Shown: positions 38,201-48,964 of the stretch, one piece after another | Position numbering within the stretch: the stretch's first letter is position 1 | Layout of the letters: each line of letters starts with the position of its first letter | Assembly (NCBI RefSeq): GCF_052425735.1 | Contig: NC_135766.1 | Coordinates: forward strand, 310,001 to 374,000 | Source of the DNA: Oculina patagonica | Taxonomy: Eukaryota | Direction: 5' to 3' | Length of the DNA: 64,000 nucleotides | Notes under the pieces: model-generated | Database searches by the model: none | What the model saw: only the letters and a program-made list of their open reading frames with translations | Told to the model about the DNA's origin: nothing | Translations under genes and position numbers: made by a program

Positions 38201-41200
38201 AAATTTGGAACTTGCAAAATTTTGGCCAATTTTTTCCTCGCCAAAAATTGCAAAAAAATTGATTTCGCTCTAGTGCGACCCGGGTCTTAGCGACAATCCT
38301 GTGTTATTTTTTTGTTCATGCTCACGGTAGTTTTCTGCTCTAAATTTCGACTGCAATATAAAGCACAGCCATTAATCTTGTTGCTGGTCACTTTTGAAAA
38401 ACGTCTGTAGGAGAATTTCAGAAATAACCCGCCAAATACGAAATAGGCGCTTTTGTTTCGAGTTACTTGAGCACAGTTATTCAAAATTAAATATTTCGTA
38501 ATCGAAGCCATTCGCTCAGGTATCTTTTACAAAAAGGTTATGCGGTTTTTGCTTCAATTCGTTGGAAGATATCGACTGTCAATTTTGGGAAACCACAAAT
38601 ATGTTGCGAAAAACTTTATTCTTGATTTACTAAAAAACGCTCTTACAGACTTTTTTAAAATTTCGTCTACAGGTAATCAATCTGCTATACTTTAACATTC
38701 CAAAAATGATTAGCAAGAGTCAATCTAGATTTCGAGAAAATCAGGCTTGTTTAAAAACAAAAGAAAACGACAACCGTTGCCATAATAACTACTGTCACTA
38801 AGAAACCAGTAAAAAATCAAACCTGGTCATATGTGATCATTATCGTGTAGTTTAGCACAAATCGAAGATTGGCTTCCTAGATAATTTTCTTTTTCAAAAC
38901 AACCACGCGAGGGCTAAAAATCTACCTTGAGCCTCCTTAATTTCAGGCAAGGAAGAACAACAGCGCTATTGGCACTTCGACTGGCACCATATGAAAGGAT
39001 TCATGTTGACAATGAAAGCGATTCAACTTTTATAAGACACACATTTATAATATTGGTTGGTAGCTTGTGTCATGGAAATTATGGAACACAGAGTAACCTT
39101 CTTAATATAATGGTTTTGTTATTTTTTTTTTTCAGATGTGCGTCGCTGGAGGACTGGGTATCCCTGGAACTCGCAAGGAACGAACAACGTCCCGCAATGC
39201 ATTTGTAAGTTGATATTAATTTCAAAATATTCTTAGCCCAAAACACATTCTGTAATTTTTGGTTCTGTTTTGTGGTTACCGGATTCGACTGCATGGTTTT
39301 GGTAAGATATCTACAATGTTTGTTTTTCGCTTTAAGTTTTCTATAGAAAAAAAGAGAAAATTAGCCTATGAGTTTTAAGTCCTCGGAGGTTCAGAAAAGA
39401 TAAAAACAGAGTTTACCTCACAGTAAACTTTGAAATCAATACTCACTTTTTCACTTACATAAACACACAAACTAGGTTATCATCCATGGCCTGACCAGTA
39501 ACAGAATACTTTGTACAAAATTATAAAATCAAATCTGCTGCAAAGTTATTATTTTTACACACACAATAAAAGAAATGAAAAAATTAAATTAAATTAAAAC
39601 AAAAACAATTAAAAATAAAAAAAGTAAAATAATAATAATAATTTAAAAAATCAGTTTGAAAATATTGAGATATTGATTCATTTTGGTATTGGAAATAAAT
39701 AATTTGTATTTTATGATGTTTTGGATGAACCTGTTTCTAAATTGAGACAAAAAAGGATATTATTATGTAATTATGATAATTATAGCTGTTCTGAATAGCC
39801 ATTTAGGGAACTCATAATGCAATCTACGTATGGTATCAATTAGGTTTGATCACAGAGAATTGAATTTTCACAAGAATCCTATAAGATTTGCTAATTATAT
39901 AGCTGTCAGTAAATCCTATATTATTAGCGCAGCTATTTTTCCTTAATTTCTGAGAACTGTCCAATTTGGGATTAAATTTGGATAGTTTCAATTAGGACTT
40001 TCAGGTAAAATGCACAAACTGTCCAATTTAAGAAAAATTGGACAGTTTTGTCTCAGCCAATCAAATCGAAGAAAAAACAACATGTGACGGATGTTAGCCA
40101 ATTAGCACAAAGCATAGCGTCAGCCATGTAAACTTGTCTTAGTTGACAATGGCGGAATTCAGAGGCAAGTTTGTTACGTTTTTCCATTCCTTTTGAGCTT
40201 TTCAGCAATTGTAACATCAAAGAGAAATTTTCTACGTTGTCAGAAGAGGAGTTAGCTACACTGAGAAGCAAAAATTAAGAGCAAGACACCTCCAATTGTA
40301 CGAAACTTGGGTGAACATAAGTGCAGCGAAGCGAACCAAGATATCTGTCAGATATTCATAGCCATGAGCTAGATGCAATTCTTTCTCGTTTTTTTTTTTT
40401 TTTGCTGAAATTCGAAAAGAAAAGACGGCGATGAAGTACGAACGAGATAGTGGAAAGGAGTATGTCAGATTCAAGAAGTTGTTACGCTCTTCGGACACTT
40501 AGTTTACGACTTTCATTGATTGATGCAGTGTTTTCACTCACTTTGTAGCAACCTTCGCAAACACAGGTGAATAAAATTGCACTGTTTTGTTTAAGTTTGA
40601 TCTGTGAAGACAATGTTTTGAGTGAGTTGCATGTGCTGTGTTAATATGCCTACTATTATATTGTTGATTGCTTTTCCCGTTCTGGACATATGTTTATTGT
40701 CTATGCTGGATTGACTGACTACAAGCTATATAATTAATATGTAACCGGACTACATGCTTGTCCAATTTGGAAAAAAATAGATTCCAAAAATTTCTCTGAC
40801 AGCCAAATTGGACTCGGCCTACGGCCTCGTCCAATTTTGGCTGCCCTCGGAATTTTTTTCATCAAATTATTTCCAAATTGGACAGCATGTAGTCCAATTA
40901 CGTGTACAAATATTTCAACTAACATTAAACGCCCAAGGCATTCGACTTCTCACCTTTTTATTTTTGTACTTTTGCGTTTCTGGTTTTTCCGAGGTTATAG
41001 CTTGTTATAATAATAAAAAATGCGCAGTGAAAAGTAGATCACACAACCACAAGCTTTATCGTGGCTATGTCATGATGCTTATGTAAACTTGATAAAGTAT
41101 GAACTGCGAGTTTATTGAACGGATCCAGAAACCTCTGATGCCTTTTTTTTTACATTCTTGCACTGCTATTTAGATTTTGGGTTACTTTGGCCAAGAAAAT

Positions 41201-44200
41201 TGGACATAAAATTTAGCCGTGTTTTTATCAGATGCATATAAACCCGTTAAACATTATTTTCTCTTTGAATTTTCTTAATGAGTTTTTAATGAGTTGGTGA
41301 ACATTAGAGCAATTTTTCTCGTTTTCTCTTTTCGTTAAGGCTGGTGTATTCATGGGCTTCTCCATCACCTCGGCTGTGTTTGGTGGAATAATCATCATCG
41401 TCTATAGCATGGGAATTGCTGGATATGAAAACTGGTACTACGAACACGATAATTTATCCCAGGAAGGTCCTACAGACTATTATTACTACAGTGGCAGAGA
41501 GCACAGATACGACACACAAATGGCCCTTTGTGCGGTAATTTTGATTCTTGGCATTGTCGAGTTTGCTTCTGAAATCTGGGCGGCCGTGTGTCTTTGTCTG
41601 ATGAAACCTTGCACATGTTGCAATGGCACTCCTCCGCAACAGGTGAGCGTCACGAGTGCGATCAACGTGAATGGTCACACACTAATGCTGATCCTTAAAT
41701 GTAATTTATCTATCAAATGGCCGATGGTGATTATTAGGCCCGGGTCGCACTTGAGACAAATATTTGAAATGTTGCAACATGTTGGGGACAATGATTGTCT
41801 CGGAACTTGTCCGAGACAATTTAAACCGTTGTATTTAGGGTCGCACTTGGAGACACAAAATTACCCGTCACTTTACTGTGTAAATTTCGCAGCAAAAATA
41901 GCATTCAAAAGTGAGAGGAGAACGGGTCGCATTGAATCAAATCAACGCAAATTTTTGTTTTACCTTTTTAATGCAAGTGTTCTTAACGATGTCGAAGCTT
42001 ATAAAAGAAAGCGCGCAGCCGTTAGCGGGAAATTATGAGCAAATTGCTGTACATTATGATTCGGACTGCGGCTACAGAATAGTTGGTCTGTCCTATACCG
42101 ATCTTTCCTTTCATTTGGATAATCTTGGCGAGGGCTCTTTTCCCAAATAACGGAGATATTCGGTCGAAAACCGCTTGAATTCGTATTCATGACTAGCCAG
42201 TAAAATGTGAAGCAAATATTTTTTAAAGGATCACTGAACTAATTGACACTTTTGTCACAAGAAAAACAATTTGTGTTTTTTGTTCGTAAAAAGTCCTGCG
42301 TTGAGGCAGGACGACGGCTCCTTTAAAGATTTGTCTCCATGGACAAGTTTTTGTCCGCGTAGGGACAAGTAGGTCGCACTTGGCGTGGTCAACTGATGAC
42401 AGGAATCTGACAGTTTGAACCGGGCCTTATTAAGAATCAAAACATTTTTATTATTTTGATTGTTTGATTGATTGATGGATGGATGGATGGATTGCTTGAT
42501 TGATTGATTGATTGATTGATTGATTTGTTTATTTGTTTGTTTCTTGTGTTTTGTTCTTTTTTTGTTTCTTTCTCTGTCAGATGTAATGCATGTCCAACAT
42601 CAACATGTTTGTTGACAGGCCTTCTTCTTATGGAAAAAAATTCTTAACAGTCTATTATTATTGTAAATAAAATTATTGCGCACAAATTTCTCGAGGCGAT
42701 ATCGATCAATGCACAAACATTTTTTTTCTCCTCAGGGACAAATGATGTATACTGCCAATTCTGATTATGCCATGACTCCATTCCCTGTTGGTGTCCCTGT
42801 GGCCGTTCCAATGCAAGCAGGGGGTGGCATGGTTGCAATGCAAACTATCTTACCAGGTGCACAGGCAGGTCAACCTCAAATGGTCGTTATACCCGTTTCA
42901 GGGGGAGTTAGTACTCAATCTCACCTGGTTGAAGTTGCTGCATCTGGCAACATGACCGACAAAGTTTACCAACCTTCAGAGGTCGAGATTCCTCAGTCCT
43001 CTAGACATTGAGGGTACATGAGGCTGACAAACGAACAGGTACATGTATTATGACTCGTATGCCAACGTCATTAACCCTCAGACTGACATGAAAATCCGAG
43101 CCCCACGTACCGTTTACATAGTGGGGTAGGGAGTTATTAGAAGACTTCCTTAACCCTATTCAGACCGGGCTTTTTTTGATATTAATCGATTTATTTTTAT
43201 TGATTATATTGATTATATCAATTGGTTTCCGATGATCGATTTTCATCGATTGGACACGCAGGGCTATTTTGGACCTTCTGGTACCGCGCGCGCGTCCAGA
43301 ATATTTAAGCAATCACAATGAAACTTATAGAATGTATACATGTCCGAACATCTATCTTTTCTTAAACGTCACGTGGGATGAAAACTTCACATCATCATTG
43401 CCCATCATTGCACATCATCATTGCCCAATCAGGAGGCATTATTCAAAAAGCTGTTTAAAACTGGCCTGGTAAGACTCTTTCCCCAGGGGCACCTTTCAAT
43501 TGCTCCAACTTTTCTATTCCGAACTTTTCCCTGCAGTTTCGCGTTTCCCTCACCCACACTAACTGCCCCTGGGTGTCCGAGCTTGTAAAGACGCTCGTAA
43601 AGAAACTTTGCTTACGAGATTGCATGTTTTGGAAATGCTTTGTTTTTTTAGATACACTCAGCTTATTTTCTTTTATGGTTTCTATTTCATAGCTGTTTGT
43701 TAGCGATACAAAGAAAAACCTTATTTAGAAAAAAATCACGTACTAATTGTCTACAACCACTTCTCGCTCAATAGCTTTATCCATCCTTTAGCGTTTTTTG
43801 GTAATCGTTTACGTAAACTATAACTAAAGTAGACTTATGTTTTTATTTTTGCCTTCAATAGGATCCCGTGGCCATTTAAGGTGTATTTAAACGCTTGGTG
43901 ACAGTCTGGTATACACCATAAAGGCCACACAGACGTCAAAGAAAACTTAAACATAACTTTCAAAACAATCTCTGGGCTCTGAACACGTAATACAGAAAAA
44001 AAAAATATCATTTGACTCGTCACACAACACTGTTGCATTGCAGGTTGTTGAGTGTTGCAATTTGTGGTAACATGTTGCACGAACTCATGTCTACAACACA
44101 CAACGCGTTATCGCAGCGTGCAGTACTAAGGGACTGACCATTATTTTTATGGAGGTGGGATGAAAAATATTAAAAAAAAAAAAATTTGCATGGTCTAAAA

Positions 44201-47085
44201 AGACCAAATAAATTGTTTGCAAACACGATACGTATAACAAAAAAAAGTTAGAATTTCGAAAAAAAATGTTTGCAGAGGTGCATAAACCAAAAAAAAAAAA
44301 GTTTGCAGAGAAAAATTTTTCACCCCCCCCCCCCCTCCCCTCCAAGTAAATAATGGTCCGTCCCTAAAGGTGTTAAGCGCAACAACACTTTACAACATGA
44401 AATACAACAATGTCTTAGGACGAAAAATATGCTGCCCGTATTACCGGGTTCTGAGTGTAAATTCTTAGCTGCTTGCATTTTGGCTGTATAGTTTGTATCA
44501 ATGGATCTCTACTAGATTTCTTTAATCTAGTTCTTAAAACGTTTCATTTATGTGTTTTTCACCGTTATGAAGTTCATTATATCTGTTACAACTGATATTA
44601 CATTAGTTGTTTTAACTTAAATAAAATCTAAATAGGCCATGATCAAACGGGGACAATAGTCACCAAAAGTAATAGCATTAGATAAAGTTACACCGCTAGC
44701 GACCGTTTAAATGTGAGTAGGTTTCAAATTTAATAATAGCGTGAAGAGTGGGTCGAGAGTCTGTAAGGTCTTGTTTTCTTGGGTACAATCTTTTCAATCG
44801 GATCCAGTTTTAGTTGGTTGGGTTGAAGTGTTGCAATCCCGGGGGGGGGGTACTCAAAAAGTTTTATACGGGGAGGCTTCGCCCCGAGCTCCATCCCCTT
44901 ACCCTTTTATATACCATTTTGACAGAAATTGTATCCCTTTCGTATACCTTTTACTGATAAAAGGTACCCTTTTCATATACCTGAAACACATGGCATAAAC
45001 TTTCTCATTTTCAAGTAGCGCTTTATAAATTAAAATAATACAGCCATAAATTGCATCTGTTCGAAATATTTTAATTAAAGGCCCTTTTTAAAACCAAAAT
45101 AACAGATTTTCATACCCTTTCGTATACCTAAACTTGTGAAATCCCTACCCTTTTATATACCTGAAGGCTGAAAAAGGTACCCCTATCGGGCGGAGCCTCC
45201 CCGTATAGGCCATTATAGGCCGGGATTATAGGGAGTACCCCCTCCCCCGGGGGGTTGCAATAATAGAACACTTTTCTAACCGTGTTCGGCTAAGACAGTT
45301 AATATATAGCCGTTTGTTCTGGTTGTGTTGGAATAAATCTTTTATTTTTTTCTGTTGGATGGATATTGGTTGGGTTAAAAAGCGTTTTTTTTAAAGAACA
45401 ATGCTATACGCTTTAACAAAGAAACTGTACATTTAGACTAATTTAGTGGCCGTCTGAAATATTGTACTGTCTTTGCAACTAATTGCAAATAAATGAGTTT
45501 GAATACGACTAGTACTTTCTTACACCTAACTAACACATTGTAGTCATAGCAAAAAGGAAAAAGGAACAAGTCAAATAGGAATTAATTAAGCCCGTGTAAG
45601 AAATTTATATTTGTACAAATGGCCTCAAAAGAAGAATAAATCAATTTGTTCTGTTTCGTCATAAAAAGTGGACTCAAAGTGCGCAGACAAAAGTTCGTGA
45701 GTTTTCAGTAAGTGCTACTTGTTATAAAACTACTCTAATTAATTCATATTTACCTTTTTCTTTTTTTCTTTTTTTTTGTGACAACGTTATGGCAATTAGG
45801 TGTATTTCTGCTAATACTTTAAATCGTATTTTTTGAGACGGCAAATCGTTGCGACTTCAGGGTACTCTTAGCTTATTCTCTTTTGAGGTTCTTACCTCGA
45901 GGCTGTTTGTCGCCGACTGAAAAAAAAAAGGGCCTGTTCTTGTAACTTACGTGTATTATAAATTAATCGATATTTGTGCTAATACCACAGGCAGACCACC
46001 CTATGCGTTCGTGGTTAATGATTGTTGACATAACGTTATGTTGAAATCAATGGCGCATACAGAAGATATATAGAGAAACATCACTTCGGATTTACTACAA
46101 AATATTAAATTTACTCTAAATGATTTTGTATGTATTAATGGCTGAACTATGGCAGTAGTTCACGGACCACTAGAAAGGTCTAAGTAATCGTTGGATTGTC
46201 GAAATTTGAGTCAGACAGATTTTTAAATACAGATGCCACGCAAGATTTGACAGATCAAATTTAATGACGCATTGTTTAAAAGCCTGATGAGCTTGGAAAA
46301 GTTGATTTTCATTCATTCCCAGAAATTAACTAACAAAATTGTTCATGTGTTCATTGCATAATTAAAATTTGCACCTAATGAAAATAAGTCTCAATGTTCG
46401 AAATGCTCGCTGAGTGATATTCTCAGACTATACGACCTTGATGAGAATTGGCTTTGACAACACTCGTTATAAAATGTTTGCGTGTTGTGTGTCGTGATAC
46501 TCGAACCGGGAAAAAGAGAAAGTACCCCGCTAACTTGTGTATCCTTTTCATCAAGTTTTTTTACAAATTGAAAATGGCTTGTAAAGGTTATAAAGTAGGG
46601 CTCTCCGAAAACAACAGGCATTACTTTTCTCATGTCTCGAAAGTTTGAGCTAAATAAATCTCCAGTTTTCATTATACTTTTAGCCGAAAATCGTAGGCGA
46701 TTATAGGTCTTCCGAACAGATATTCACCGAAACGGTCTGTTTGGTGTCCATGTTATCATTGCACCAGCCATGCCGATAAATTAAATGTCAAAAAGCAAAA
46801 AGCTAGCTCAAGAACACGATACTTGGACGCCTTTATGCAAATATACATATTAACACTCTTTTCGAATGGAAGCTTGTCGGTATTATTTTTATGATCATGA
46901 CGGCAAACACAACTCACCCAAACTCCCATCCAAATGCCCCAACATCCATATCCTGTCCAGTAGTACTCCATTTCACGATCTGCAACGCCGAAGCAGATGA
47001 GTATATACCCAACAACGATGTGCACGATGGCGAGAATCCTTGCCATTTTGGCGTCATTCGCTGCCCTTTGCAAGGTGTCGGCCAT
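23190..47085 (-). CDS. MS4A/CD20-like protein, copy C (289 aa), with a 20-kb intron 1 containing inverted copies D and E
   Basis: Exon 1 47085-46918; exons 2-5 at 26726-26658, 25685-25374, 24292-23990, 23207-23190 (DPVAI*). Intron-1 homology to copy B stops at 27421 and resumes at ~46131. Confidence 0.75.
23329..23395. repeat. (TTA)n microsatellite
   Basis: About 22 TTA units. Confidence 0.95.
24642..25325 (+). mobile_element. Composite Crypton-like and palindrome element in intron 3 of copy C
   Basis: Inverted copy of 6490-7147; ORF 24947-25144 contains KSTQFAVRTLQAWL, resembling the N-terminal region of Crypton/DUF3504 proteins. Confidence 0.65.
27577..27710. other. Assembly gap (134 N)
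   Basis: Both flanks are collinear with copy A intron 2 (reverse complement), where the equivalent ~165 bp is a T-rich/(GT)n tract. Confidence 0.95.
27967..28564. mobile_element. piggyBac-type MITE
   Basis: TTAA-CCCTTAACATGCT...AGCATATTAAGG (right end slightly mutated); empty TTAA site in copies A and B. Confidence 0.65.
29375..30899. mobile_element. Kolobok-type non-autonomous DNA transposon
   Basis: TTAA TSD; TIR GGGCCCATTACAGTATCT; internal 125-bp tandem duplication 29949-30198; empty site TTCTTAACAG at 42641. Confidence 0.8.
31390..31883. mobile_element. Tc1/pogo-type MITE in intron 4 of copy D
   Basis: TA TSD; CAGTAGAACCCCGG TIR; paralogous to 15228-15722. Confidence 0.85.
33877..43879 (+). 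CDS. MS4A-like copy E (premature stop late in exon 4)
   Basis: Exons 33877-34035, 39136-39204, 41340-41642, 42736-43038, 43862-43879; GGA>TGA at 43009-43011 removes GGYMRLTNEQDPVAI. Confidence 0.8.
35706..36506 (+). CDS. Harbinger Myb/SANT (trihelix-like) DNA-binding protein
   Basis: WSQGEQKLLVQLW...AWRKICDELN...KTVEKCMKKMKYLIDKYK...FYEEIDAILG; start codon uncertain (frame is open from 35340). Confidence 0.85.
   Translation: MEQSPPITNKEASQSSATSNPKEKRKYETWSQGEQKLLVQLWADNHELLESRESRTAWRKICDELNSRMETNKTVEKCMKKMKYLIDKYKEAKEWNRKQTGGTRRQSVFYEEIDAILGCRDIVTLRNVSEAGSSTSANSSDSPLNTSNSSSGVGSPAGSDDLDAEPNRNKQSEWQLKTKDARNDRKKQSKQSRKRNRAAFEESEEEDRKELRESMAAFKKCGDNLSNFMATFSETQKQQMAMMGQFIGAMTQFMSTNANPGSSSTG
36840..38066 (-). 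CDS. Harbinger (HARBI1-like) DDE transposase, 408 aa
   Basis: GAIDGTHI, GYPGSMHDARIL, GDSAYP, RVKIECAFGCLKSRW, ACAVLHNF motifs. Confidence 0.95.
   Translation of the reverse strand: MDRHHMIIFTAFGFLLNLVFLSQQNNIAFLVLLAHYQQAFLRVASAFRRRRLRLNRGRLRNSPWSWTLPRPVESWFEIHFHDRNIPGDYFRRQLRMKRGTFQALVGILAPWLTRQNTRFRDCIPPEKVLALGIYRLAHGNSYISIGPVFNVGKSTVIEAVQDVVAALFELRDEYIHFPETVAETAASIETFQDLSRLPNIVGAIDGTHIPINAPRESPVDYFSRYQHHDFGIQAVADGNLLFLDFSAGYPGSMHDARILRNSTLYQRAEQGDILTGPVVNVNHHDIGPYLVGDSAYPISPWLQKPFPEATRDRSEIQFNRELSSARVKIECAFGCLKSRWRILQKRLDSDIKFSVKIAIACAVLHNFCIKMGDEWDDDGNPDHNGRDDDNEDVVRDGEEIRDILKEYL
39892..40900 (+). mobile_element. Crypton (DUF3504-type tyrosine recombinase) relic
   Basis: Broken coding remnants FSTLSEEELATL (~40230) and ELDAILSRFF..AEIRK.DGDEYERDS (~40365-40450); TGTCCAATTTGG motifs and a GGACTCGGCCTACGGCCTCGTCC hairpin near the end; absent from paralogous introns. 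Confidence 0.6.
41737..42426. mobile_element. Harbinger-type MITE
   Basis: TTA TSD; GGCCCGG termini; left end shares GGGTCGCACT with the autonomous Harbinger; empty site in the other copies. Confidence 0.75.
44130..44364. mobile_element. Harbinger-type MITE
   Basis: TAA TSD; TIR GGGAC(T/G)GACCATTATTT; empty site TACTAAAGGTG at 32831. Confidence 0.8.
44838..45253. mobile_element. MITE with CCCGGGGG...GTACTC termini
   Basis: 8-bp TSD GTTGCAAT; empty site at 33300. Confidence 0.8.
45521..45804. mobile_element. MITE with 5-bp TSD
   Basis: TACACCTAA...TTAGGTGTA termini; TTTCT duplicated; empty site GTACTTTCTGCT at ~33558. Confidence 0.75.
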
Positions 47086-47927
47086 TTTGAGTTTCTTTGG
47101 TATTGTCACGCAATCTTAACTGACAAGCACTTTGAACAATAAACTTCCTTGACAACAACAAAATCTGCATACGTAATCTGGTAAACCGCTTCGAGGTATG
47201 TTTACAGATACCTCGAGAAAGGTTGTCAAAAAAAAAAAAAACTCAAATGTACAGGCGACAAGACCGAAAGGTGATCTGGGTGTTCACTTGAATTTTGCAT
47301 ATTGACCAAGAGAAAATGTAAAATTGCAAGTTTGTATTTTTGCATGTGAAGATTTTTTTTTCTTCTCAGGTCACATTTTCTGTAGCTTCACTTTTACTGT
47401 CGCTTGTCTTTGAGTTTCGATAATTCTCTAAAATTCAGCGTACGTGACTAAAACTTCCTGGTGCCCTGACAGGTCAGTCTGAAGAGAAAGAAAACGTGCA
47501 CATTCGCATTTGTCATGTCGCCATCTTATTAGTATTTAGCACGTGCATTAGCTCACTTCTCCTACCCATACTACCTTTCGGTGTTGTCGCGTGCACTTTT
47601 GTGCTTTTTCTTCCGACAACCTTTCTCGAATTTGCTGTATAGTGCGAACGCAGAAGACTTTCGCTGAAAATGCTCGATGAGAAATGGCTATAACCCCTTC
47701 ACTTTGAATTTCTTTAACAGAACAGCGACTTTCGCCGGCTGTTTTTTAAAACTTTTAATTAATTTCGAGCTGGAAAAATGGAATACATTTATTTTGTTCG
47801 TACGCTAATTTCTTCTTGAAAACAGGGCGGCTATTAAGGCTTGTTGTGTTTCACTACCATAACACACCAAATTCTTTTTTTGATTAAATATACTTTGGTC
47901 GTAATCAGACATGATGTTATTAGCATA

Positions 47928-48350
47928 TTAATCAAAACTATAACAAAATTCTCGAACGTGATTGGTTATCAGCAGCCCGATTTGAGCACTAATAGGACAG
48001 TGTACGCGTCATGCTTGTAATTGGACAGTGTAATAGGACAGTTTACGCGTCATGCCTGTGTAATTGGACAGTACGCGTCATTTTGCGCGCGCTGTTGTTG
48101 TGCATTTGTTGAGTAAACTGTCATGTTTTTCAGTATTCTAAAGACTATTCAACCGAAGGTTAGTTTGTTTTCTCAAATTTTGTCGTAGTTTTGATTAATT
48201 GGTAACAGGACTTCGTGTCGTCCAATTATGTCTGTAATCATACTCTTGATTAAACAAATCGGACTCCCGCTTCGCGGTCGTCCGATTTTGTTAATCACTC
48301 GTATGATTACAGACCGAAGTGGACTCCACTCAGTCCTATTACCATTATAA
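47928..48350. mobile_element. Non-autonomous Crypton-like repeat
   Basis: GTGATTGG motif, repeated TTGGACAG/TAGGACAG, ATCGGACTCCCGCTTCGCGGTCGTCCGAT hairpin; absent at the homologous position upstream of copy B. Confidence 0.5.
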
Positions 48351-48964
48351 ATCGGGGTAAGCACTAAATAAAACAAACAAAAAAAAAAAAATTCGGTCAG
48401 TTCGGTGACTTCCATGAGTTAAAATGCGAGCGAGACTGGACAAACTTTTTCTTTTGTTCATCGCATTCTCGCCCGCATTTTAACTGATGGAGGTCACCGA
48501 ACTGACCGAAACGTTTTATTTTAAAGGAGCTACGTCACAGACAACGGAACTTGAAATAAGTTTTTTTCAAATCCGTGTTTATTTTTGGGTTTAAACTACT
48601 CCGTTAAAATGGCATAGCAAGATTCCAACTTCACTCCAGATCGATGCGAGGAGGAATAAGCTCACCATTTGGAAAACGAGGACAAAATAATTCCTCAGGG
48701 AATGCTTTGCGACGGATATGTTGGAGATCAGTAGCATTTGATCCCCCCCCCCCCCCCATATTTTATTTTTGTTTCTAGTTAATATGATGTAAAGCAATTT
48801 AAGACTGGGCGTTTATATCTTGGCTGGCTTTTATGGCTTTTATGGCGTAAGTGTTTTGACATTGGAGATAAAAAAAAAAAAATCAAGGCACTTTAACCTG
48901 GAACTGTCTGCAGACAAAATCGCAGCAGCTTAAAAGTTACACCAATTTTTATTTTTTATTTTTA

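Larger units (their letters stand above)
35242..38286. mobile_element. PIF/Harbinger DNA transposon with two intact convergent ORFs
   Basis: TIR core GGTCGCACTAGAGCGAA at 35242 and its complement ending at 38280; Myb/SANT ORF plus DDE nuclease ORF. Confidence 0.92.

Noticed and set aside
41352-42038. 228-aa ORF as a single-exon protein (likewise 25164-25886)
   Set aside because: These are exon 3 reading through the conserved CAG|GTGAG donor into intron and MITE sequence.
46756-47109. Orphan exon 1 of a separate gene copy
   Set aside because: Better explained as exon 1 of copy C, displaced by the nested insertion.
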